From: Acidobacteriota bacterium
Lineage (GTDB): Bacteria > Acidobacteriota > Thermoanaerobaculia > Multivoradales > UBA5704
Direction of reading: 5' to 3'
DNA length: 64,000 bases
Assembly (NCBI GenBank): GCA_040005235.1
Contig: JBDTZG010000003.1
Coordinates: 128,001-192,000, forward strand
Part shown: positions 56,839 to 64,000 of the stretch, one piece after another
Layout of the letters: each line of letters starts with the position of its first letter
How positions within the stretch are numbered: the stretch's first letter is position 1
The notes under the pieces: model-generated
The model's input: only the letters and a program-made list of their open reading frames with translations
The model's database searches: none
Told to the model about the DNA's origin: nothing
Translations under genes and position numbers: made by a program

Positions 56839-57669
56839 TTAGGCCACGCGCCGCGCTGGAGCGCCCGGAACCGAACCCGCCGCCGGCCGGCGCATCCAGA
56901 GCCCGGCGAGGACCACCAGGATGCCGAGGCTTAAGCCCTGGGCAACCGTGAGCCCGCCCAGGAACCGGTCGTCCTTGGCCCGCAGGAACTCGACGCCGAA
57001 CCGTTCGACCGCGAGCAGAGCCAGCACCACGACGGAGGTGGTGCCGGGCCGGAAACGGCGGCGCAGAACGCTCACCCCCACCCACCAGATCAACAAACCC
57101 AGGGCGGTCTCATAGAGCTGGGTCGGATGGACCGGCACCAACTGAGTATCCGGCACCGACGCCGGCACCGTGTAATGGAAAATCTCGCGCAGATTGCCCG
57201 CCGTGGTTTCCGGCAACCCATGGGGAAAGATCACCCCGAGCGGACCGTCCGTCGGCCGGCCGTAGTCGTCCCCGACCAGAAAACACCCGATCCGGCCGAT
57301 GCCATAACCGAGCGCAAGCCCCGGCATCGCCGCGTCGCACACCTGCCAAGGAGGCAGATGCCGCCGCCGCAGGGTAAAGATCACCGCCGCCGCGCCGAGG
57401 ATGAAACCGCCGTACCAGACCAGGCCCGAGCGATCGAACAGCAGATGCCAATCACCGTAGAGGATCGCGTAATAGATCTTAGAGCCCAGGATGCCGCCGA
57501 CCCCCGCCGCGAACACGAGCGCGCTCGCATCCTCGTCGTCGCCCACCCCCTGGTAGATCAGTCCCCAACGCAGCTGAAAGTAGCTGACGAGGAAGGCTAC
57601 GACCAGCATCACCCCGAACGGGCTGATCGGAATCCCGAAATAGGGAATCTTAAATAACTCCTGGATCAT
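56839..57669 (-). CDS. lgt: Prolipoprotein diacylglyceryl transferase
   Basis: GLVWYGG, GRIGCFL.GDDYG, HPTQLYE, RF.VEFLR. Confidence 0.93.
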   Translation of the reverse strand: MIQELFKIPYFGIPISPFGVMLVVAFLVSYFQLRWGLIYQGVGDDEDASALVFAAGVGGILGSKIYYAILYGDWHLLFDRSGLVWYGGFILGAAAVIFTLRRRHLPPWQVCDAAMPGLALGYGIGRIGCFLVGDDYGRPTDGPLGVIFPHGLPETTAGNLREIFHYTVPASVPDTQLVPVHPTQLYETALGLLIWWVGVSVLRRRFRPGTTSVVVLALLAVERFGVEFLRAKDDRFLGGLTVAQGLSLGILVVLAGLWMRRPAAGSVPGAPARRVA

Positions 57670-57711
57670 GCGGCAGCTCCCCGAATCGGCACATCGTACC
57701 AGGCCGGTCGT

Positions 57712-58548
57712 CTACCCGCGGCGATTCCGCTCCCGGGCTCGTTCGACGAACTCCGGATGGGCCGGCAGGGTGACCCGAAAGTAGTTTCGTTCCGCGTCGA
57801 AATCGAAAATCGGCGGAGGGGAGCCGTTCTGCGCCATCGCCCGGAAGACTTTCGGGATCCCCGTACCTCGCGCCTCCGCCAATCGAAGCTCTTTGAGCAA
57901 CTCACCGATGCGCCGGTTTCGTGCCGGGATCGGCGGCACCTTCGCGCCGGGTTCGAATTGTTTCGCTTCGATCCCGTAGACCGGACCTGGATAGCTGATG
58001 ACCTCGATCCGGTCCGGGTAGAGGTAGACCTTGGTCGGTTCCAGCATGTTCTCGTAGCTCCGATGGTAGATCGCGTTCGCGAGCGATTCCTCCAACGCGG
58101 GCACCGGAAAGCTGGCCCAGCCACGCGTCTCCGGTCGGTCGTCTACCTTCTCGATATGCTGAGTGGACAGACCTGCGAGGTAACGAAGCGCATCGCGCAG
58201 CTGGCGGTCGAGCGGGCCGCGAAAGACGTGCTCCTCGATCACGTTTCCCGCAGGACCGTCCGGAAAATCGACGACCTCAATCCGCGCACCGGGAAACCAC
58301 TCTTCCGGATCGTCGGCGAAGAACAGGAGTGAGATGTTTTTAGGTACCTCATGCCCGTTGATCGGAGCCGAGAGCTGCATCTGACGGTAGATCTCGAGAG
58401 CATCCGGCTCGTTGAGGAGGTCACTCCGGGCCGCAGAGAGGAACTCGCGAACCATCTGTGAGCGGATCTTTTCTAGCGGAACTCTCGGTGCCTCCCGCTC
58501 CTCGAATGAAATCCAAGTCCTCAGGAGACTGTCCACCGCCTTTGTCAC
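57712..58548 (-). pseudogene. N-terminally truncated RecG-C/HATPase_c_4-type ATP-binding protein (usual AlbA_2 domain missing)
   Basis: LLFF..PE.WFPGA.IEVV, ALEESLANAIYHRSY, SYPGP, RNRRIGELLKELRLAE.RGTG; in-frame TGA three codons upstream of GTG 58548. Confidence 0.65.
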
Positions 58549-58587
58549 CGCATCTCAAATCTGCAGGTCCGAGCGCCCTACCGGCCC

Positions 58588-61257
58588 TCAGACCTCTTCG
58601 CCCAAAACCGCGTCGATTTCTTCGAAGTAGTTCTGCGGAACCAGGATCTCGCGCGCTTTGCTGCCTTGGGAGGAGCCGAGCAGGCCGTCGCGCTCCATCA
58701 TGTCGATTAGACGGCCGGCGCGGGAGAAGCCGACGCGCATGCGGCGCTGGAGGAAACTGGCGGAGGCCTGGCGTTCGCGGACGACCAGGCGGGCGGCCTC
58801 TTCGTACAGTGAGTCGTCGCCGTCGTCGTCCATTCCCTCGCCCCCTCCGCCGCTCGAGCTCTCGCGGTCGCGCAGGACGTCGGGGTCGAGATCGGGCTTG
58901 CCCTGCTTCTTGAGCCAGCGGATCAGGCCGGCCGTCTCTTGTTCGGAAACGTAGGCGCCGTGGAGCCGGACGATCCGCGAGCTGCCCGGCGGCATGAACA
59001 GCATGTCGCCCTTGCCCAGCAGCTTTTCCGAGCCGACCTGGTCGAGAATGGTCCGCGAGTCGTGGCGCGACGGGGTGGCGTAGGCGATGCGGCAAGGGAA
59101 GTTCGCTTTGATCGTGCCGGTGAGCACGTCGACCGACGGCCGCTGGGTGGCGACGATCAGGTGGATGCCCACGGCGCGCGCCATCTGCGCCAGGCGCGCG
59201 ATCGAGGTTTCGACGTCGGCGGAGGCGACCATCATCAGGTCGGCCAGCTCGTCGATGATCACTACGTAATACGGCAGCGGCTTTAAGTCCCCGGCGGAAA
59301 ACGCATCGCCCCCGTCGTCCGACAGGGCGAGCCGCGCGCGCACCTCCGGATCGGCGAGAGCCCGGTTGTAGAACGCGATCGAGCGGACGTGGACCTCGGC
59401 GAGCAGGCGGTAGCGGCGCTCCATTTCGGCCACCGCCCAACGAAGGGCGTTCGCCGCCTTCTTGGGTTCGACCACCACCTCGGTCTTCAAGTGCGGAATG
59501 TCGGCGTAGACGCCCAGCTCGATCCGCTTGGGGTCGATGAAGATGAACTGCACCTCGTCGCGGCGCGCCTTGTAGACGATCGATGTGATCATGCTCTGAA
59601 GGCCGACCGACTTGCCCGAGCCGGTGGCTCCGGCGACCAGCAGGTGGGGCATGGTCGCGAGGTCGGCGTAATACGGTTCGCCGTAGATGTCCGTACCGAG
59701 CGCCATGGTGAGCACCGAGGGCGACTTCTTGAACCGCTCGTCGGCAAGCAGGGTACCGAGGCGGATCACCCGGCGGTCGCGGTTCGGAATCTCGATGCCG
59801 AGCGTCGAGCGGCCGGCCATCCGATCGATGCGCACCGATTCGGCTTTCATCGCGAGCGCCAGGTCGTCTTGCAGGTTCACCACCTGGCTCACCTTGACGC
59901 CGGGCGCCGGCTGAAGCTCGAAGATGGTGATCACCGGGCCGGGGCTGATCCCCTCGATCGTTCCCTCGACGCCGAATTCGGCGCAACGGGTGCGGATCGC
60001 CTCGCCCAGCCGGATCAGCTCAGTCTCGTCGATCTGGGTTCGATGATCTTCGATCTGCAGCAGGTTGACCGGCGGGAGCTCGGAGGTCGGCGCCTCGGCC
60101 GGGAACGGAAGAGACGGCTGCGGCATCGCGGGCGTGGAGGATGCGACGCGGCGCAGCGGCATCGCGGGCGACGGGGTCATCACGGCCGCGGGGGCCTGCC
60201 GGAAGACCGGTCCGGGAGCGGCGACGCGGCCGGGCGGCGGCGCGAAGACCGGGGCGGCCGGCGGGGCCGGCGCTCGCGCCTCCGGCTCGTCCTCTTCGAA
60301 CCCGGGCTCGAATGCGGGAGGCGAATCGGGCCGGACGCGGCGGAACGAAAACGCCTGCTCGCCGCTCCGCTCGGTGACCCGCAGCGGCCGTAACGGCAAA
60401 TCGAGCCGATGATCCGGCGCGGACGGGTTGTCCGTAGGGATCGAAGCCGCCGCAACCGCCGCCGTTGCCGAAGCGGGAGCCGGCATGGCGTTGACCGCCG
60501 GACGGCGCACGGCCGGGGGTTGGGCCGGGGCTTTCTGTTGATCGGCGGCCTGCTTGCGCTCTTCGACCACCCGTTGCAGGTGTTTGGTCACCACCCGTTG
60601 GCGGGCCCGTTCCTTGCCGCGGCGCTCGCGTTTGCGCTCGCGGGCGAGCGCCCGCTCCTCCCAGCGCTTGTTCCACCGTTCGCGCCAGGAGGCGAGCAGG
60701 TTGCCGAGGGTCGACTGGACCGCGAGGGCGGCGCCGATCAATACCGCAAAGCCGAGCAGCAGCGCCGATCCGGCGAAGCTCAACCGGGCATCCAAGAAAG
60801 CGGTGAGCAGGTGACCGAACGCACCGCCCGCCTGGACCAACCCTCCGCGCGGCCAGGCGAAGTTGCCGAGCGTCAAATCGAGCAGGCCGGGAAGCGCCAC
60901 GAGCAGCAGCCCCGTGCCGACGCCGCGTCCCACCACCCGTTCCGCCACGTGCTTGCGCAGCCGGCGGAGGCCGGAAACGAGCAGTAGGCAGGGGATCGCC
61001 AGGCAGGCGATGCCGAAGAAACCGAACGCCACCGCCGCGGTATGCGCGCCGACCGGACCGATCAGATTGCGCGCCCGCCCCTCGGACGAGACCGTGCGGT
61101 GGAGCACGCTCGGATCGCGCGGATCGAAGCTCGCGAACGAGATCGCGAAAAACAGCGCGAACGCGAGAAGCACCAAGCCGAGCAGCTCCCGCCCCTTCTC
61201 TTCGGAAAGGGTCGGACGCTCGGGGCGTTCGGTCGTCTTGGCGAGGGCGACGGACAA
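58588..61257 (-). CDS. ftsK: DNA translocase FtsK (4TM + motor + gamma domain)
   Basis: MPHLLVAGATGSGKSVG, IIDELADLMM, LIVATQRPSVDV, EKLLGKGDMLF, SASFLQRR. Confidence 0.97.
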   Translation of the reverse strand: MSVALAKTTERPERPTLSEEKGRELLGLVLLAFALFFAISFASFDPRDPSVLHRTVSSEGRARNLIGPVGAHTAAVAFGFFGIACLAIPCLLLVSGLRRLRKHVAERVVGRGVGTGLLLVALPGLLDLTLGNFAWPRGGLVQAGGAFGHLLTAFLDARLSFAGSALLLGFAVLIGAALAVQSTLGNLLASWRERWNKRWEERALARERKRERRGKERARQRVVTKHLQRVVEERKQAADQQKAPAQPPAVRRPAVNAMPAPASATAAVAAASIPTDNPSAPDHRLDLPLRPLRVTERSGEQAFSFRRVRPDSPPAFEPGFEEDEPEARAPAPPAAPVFAPPPGRVAAPGPVFRQAPAAVMTPSPAMPLRRVASSTPAMPQPSLPFPAEAPTSELPPVNLLQIEDHRTQIDETELIRLGEAIRTRCAEFGVEGTIEGISPGPVITIFELQPAPGVKVSQVVNLQDDLALAMKAESVRIDRMAGRSTLGIEIPNRDRRVIRLGTLLADERFKKSPSVLTMALGTDIYGEPYYADLATMPHLLVAGATGSGKSVGLQSMITSIVYKARRDEVQFIFIDPKRIELGVYADIPHLKTEVVVEPKKAANALRWAVAEMERRYRLLAEVHVRSIAFYNRALADPEVRARLALSDDGGDAFSAGDLKPLPYYVVIIDELADLMMVASADVETSIARLAQMARAVGIHLIVATQRPSVDVLTGTIKANFPCRIAYATPSRHDSRTILDQVGSEKLLGKGDMLFMPPGSSRIVRLHGAYVSEQETAGLIRWLKKQGKPDLDPDVLRDRESSSGGGGEGMDDDGDDSLYEEAARLVVRERQASASFLQRRMRVGFSRAGRLIDMMERDGLLGSSQGSKAREILVPQNYFEEIDAVLGEEV

Positions 61258-61544
61258 GGGTTCTGAGTCTCTCGAAATTGTCTGAGCGTTTCGGTCTTAA
61301 GTGCCGACAAATTCTAGCATAGCCGGCCTTTCAAGCGCCGAAAAGCCGGGGCTGCCGGTTACCTGCCGGCTCCTTGCCTCCATCCGACACGTTTCGCTCT
61401 CGTTTCTCGCGTTTCTCTTGGGAGGCACCGGCACCCTGGTGTTCTTCGCGCGAGCGCTGTGATAGACCTTTCACCACAACGTCCCCACTTGGAAGAAGGG
61501 AGCCTCGGCGCGACGCGCGTCCCAGGCGAAGGGTGCGATCAGCT

Positions 61545-63443
61545 ATGAATCATGTCCTGGCGATCAGCCTGGGGCCGGTCCAGGAGTTCCTCGCCGCGGC
61601 GCGCCGGACGCGCGACCTCTGGTTCGGCTCGTGGCTGCTCTCCGAGCTGGCCCGCGCGGCGGCGAAGGCGATCGAGGCGCGGCATCCGGGCAGCGTCATC
61701 TTTCCCGCCGCGGACGCGCTGGCCGACGGCGATGCCACGTTCGCCAACAAGATTCTCGCCCGCGTGCCGGACGATCCGGAGAGTGCGGCGGGAGCCGCGA
61801 TCGAGGCGCTCCAGAAACGGCGTGACGAGCTGCGCGAGATGGCGTTCAAGGCTCTCGGCGATCTGAAAGAAACCGAATTCCACCGCGCCGCCGCCGGGGC
61901 GCAGGTCTCCGACCTGATCGAGATCCAATGGGCGAGCGCTCTGGAGTTTGGCGGAGAAGCCGGCTACGCCGACGCCCGGCGGACCGCGGAAGGAGTGCTC
62001 GCGGCGCGCAAGAACCAGCGCGATTGGATTCAACCCCACTGGGGCGCACCGGTGCCGAAGTCCGCGATCGACGGCCTGCGCGAGTCGGTGATCGACGAGA
62101 AGCTCTTCGAAGGGAATACCGGTTGGGACGCCGAGCGGCTCTACAAAACCTTCGGCGTCGAGGGGGGCGAGCGCCTCGACGGTGTCTCGCTGCTCAAGCG
62201 CCTCGGCCGCCAGAGGGGTCGCCCCCTCGATCATCACTTCGCGAGCACCGGCCACATCGCGGCCTGGCCGCTGCTCGAACGGCTGAGGAAGCCAGGCGAG
62301 GACGAAGGCGCGCGGGCCAAGGTCAAAGTGGCGTGGGACCGCCTGAAAAGTGCGATCGTGGATTCTGGCGTCGACCTCCGCGATCATGAGGTTTACGCCG
62401 CTTCGGACCCTGCCGGAAACCGGGAGGAGCACCCGATCCTCGGCCGGCTGGACGGCAGCCTGCTGTTCGAGGGGCGCCTCGCCGATCTCTTCCGCGACCG
62501 GACGGAGGTCGACGCACAGGGGAAGAGGCGGCCGATCTCGGCGGCGGACCGTCGCCGGCTCGCCGCGAAGCTGCGCGGGGCGCTCGCCGATTTCCTCAAA
62601 GCCGCGGAGCTTCCCGCACCGCTCCCCTACTACGCGATCCTCCATGCCGACGGCGACCGGATGGGTTCCGCCATCGACCACCTCAAAGAGCTGCCGAGGC
62701 ATCGGGAGCTGTCGCAGCAGCTGACCGCTTTCGCGGTCGAGGCCCGGAGGATCGTCGAGGCGACACATCACGGCGAGCTGGTCTACGCCGGAGGCGACGA
62801 CGTGCTCGCCTTCCTGCCGTTGCACGAGGCGATTCCCTGCGCCCGCGCCCTGGCCGACACGTTTGCCGGGCTGCTCGAAGATTTTCCCGACGAGGACGAC
62901 GTCAAGCCGACGCTTTCGGTCGGCCTCGGCATCGCCCACTTCATGGCGCCGCTTTCCCGGACGCTCGAGTTGGCGCGCAGCGCCGAGAAGGACGCCAAGG
63001 CGGTCCCGGGCAAGAACGCGCTCGCGCTGCGGATCGACAAACGCTCCGGGCCGACGCTCCGCTTGGCCGGGAGCTGGACAACGATCGATCTCGATCTCGA
63101 AAACTTCGCGAAGCTCCACGCCCGGGACGAGATCTCGGACAAGGGGGGCTTCGACCTGCGCGAGCTGGCGCGCCTGATCGAAGGGAGCACCGGCGACGAC
63201 CGGAAGAACCTCGAAGATCTCGCCCAGAAGGAGGCGATCCGCATCCTCGCCCGCAAGCAGCCGAAGCATGGCCAGGACGCGGGGCACAGCGAAGCGGTGC
63301 GCAAGAGGCTGCGCGAGATCCTGGAGCGCTCGAAGTCGATCGCCGCGTTCGCCGACCGGCTGATCGCCGCGCGCCTGTTCGGCGAGGCCCTGGTGCAATC
63401 CGGCCGGCCGATTCCCCCGCTCGAACCCGAGGTTGTGGCATGA
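61545..63443 (+). CDS. cas10: Type III-B CRISPR Cas10/Cmr2, no HD domain
   Basis: LGPVQEFLAAARRTRDLWFGSWLLSEL, YYAILHADGDRMG, YAGGDDVL, TLSVGLGIAH, AEKDAK. Confidence 0.95.
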   Translation: MNHVLAISLGPVQEFLAAARRTRDLWFGSWLLSELARAAAKAIEARHPGSVIFPAADALADGDATFANKILARVPDDPESAAGAAIEALQKRRDELREMAFKALGDLKETEFHRAAAGAQVSDLIEIQWASALEFGGEAGYADARRTAEGVLAARKNQRDWIQPHWGAPVPKSAIDGLRESVIDEKLFEGNTGWDAERLYKTFGVEGGERLDGVSLLKRLGRQRGRPLDHHFASTGHIAAWPLLERLRKPGEDEGARAKVKVAWDRLKSAIVDSGVDLRDHEVYAASDPAGNREEHPILGRLDGSLLFEGRLADLFRDRTEVDAQGKRRPISAADRRRLAAKLRGALADFLKAAELPAPLPYYAILHADGDRMGSAIDHLKELPRHRELSQQLTAFAVEARRIVEATHHGELVYAGGDDVLAFLPLHEAIPCARALADTFAGLLEDFPDEDDVKPTLSVGLGIAHFMAPLSRTLELARSAEKDAKAVPGKNALALRIDKRSGPTLRLAGSWTTIDLDLENFAKLHARDEISDKGGFDLRELARLIEGSTGDDRKNLEDLAQKEAIRILARKQPKHGQDAGHSEAVRKRLREILERSKSIAAFADRLIAARLFGEALVQSGRPIPPLEPEVVA

Positions 63444-64000
63444 ATGAAGGCGCGATTTTCCTCATCGAGCCGCGCGATCCGCTGATCGCCCGCGACGGCC
63501 GGCCCGCCCGGCTGGGCGAAGCGCTGGCCACCCTCCCCTTTCCGCCGCCGGGCATGATTGCGGGGGCGGCGCGCACGCGCATGGCCTCGATCGACGGGGC
63601 GTTTTCCTGTGCGGCGGAGGATCTCGACCGGCTGGTCGAAATCCCCGTCCACGGGCCGCTGCTCGCCGAGCTGAAAGAGGACGGAGATGGCGTGGCCTGC
63701 TGGTTCGCGCCGGCCCCACGCGACGCTGTGTTGTTCGGCGATGGATTCGGCGATGGAGTCGGCGGTGGAGTCGGCGACCCGGAGATTCCCACCCTCCGGC
63801 GGCTGGCACCGCGCCCGGTGCCGCACGGCGCGCTGGCCGGGGGCTTCCGCGGCGAAGGTACGCTGCCGGAAGGTTCCCTTCTGCCCGCGTTCGCCTCACC
63901 CGGCCCGGCAGGAAAGCCGCTCGCCCATCCGCCCGTCTTCTGGCGCTGGTCGAATTTCGCGGCCTGGCTCGGTGCCGAGGGGCAGATCGAACCCGCGCCG
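63440..64000 (+). CDS. cmr3: Type III-B CRISPR Cmr3, partial (runs off window)
   Basis: ATGA overlap with cas10; reads MNEGAIFLIEPRDPLIARDGRP...TLPFPPPGMIAGAART...HGPLL; absent from the ORF track because there is no stop in the window. Confidence 0.9.
   Translation, partial: MNEGAIFLIEPRDPLIARDGRPARLGEALATLPFPPPGMIAGAARTRMASIDGAFSCAAEDLDRLVEIPVHGPLLAELKEDGDGVACWFAPAPRDAVLFGDGFGDGVGGGVGDPEIPTLRRLAPRPVPHGALAGGFRGEGTLPEGSLLPAFASPGPAGKPLAHPPVFWRWSNFAAWLGAEGQIEPAP

Noticed and set aside
61258-61544. CRISPR leader or array upstream of cas10
   Set aside because: No repeated 25-40 bp unit seen; only a short TTTCGCTCTCG/TTTCTCGCG low-complexity run
61374-61544. N-terminal extension of Cas10 as an HD remnant
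   Set aside because: Low-complexity Arg/Pro translation with no HD motif; ATG 61545 fits the family start

Overview
High-GC bacterial chromosome segment, most consistent with Acidobacteriota (probably Thermoanaerobaculia-like). This is inferred from tandem acidobacterial-type VWA proteins, XRE-TPR paralogs and many secreted proteins, and was not verified by search. The backbone is mostly minus-strand housekeeping and envelope genes (suhB, yraN, cysS, def, glgB, malQ, tRNA-Thr, tsaE, nnr, ypdA, thiD, lgt, ftsK) with several accessory inserts. Most notable: (1) at 14.3-19.0 kb, two paralogous XRE-HTH/TPR regulators flank a small secreted protein carrying three GxxxDPNG-like cores, an RRNPP-like peptide-signalling layout in a diderm host; (2) at 0.9-3.9 kb, a two-gene cassette encodes a cytoplasmic ComEC-type metallo-beta-lactamase nuclease fused to a gingipain/caspase-fold (C25-like) protease, plus a small partner; (3) a type III-B CRISPR operon (HD-less cas10/cmr2, cmr3) starts at the right edge; (4) a 17x21-bp tandem repeat, a REP-like doublet and several gene remnants. 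No CRISPR array, integrase or transposase is visible. Family calls come from motif recognition by eye; no database searches were run.
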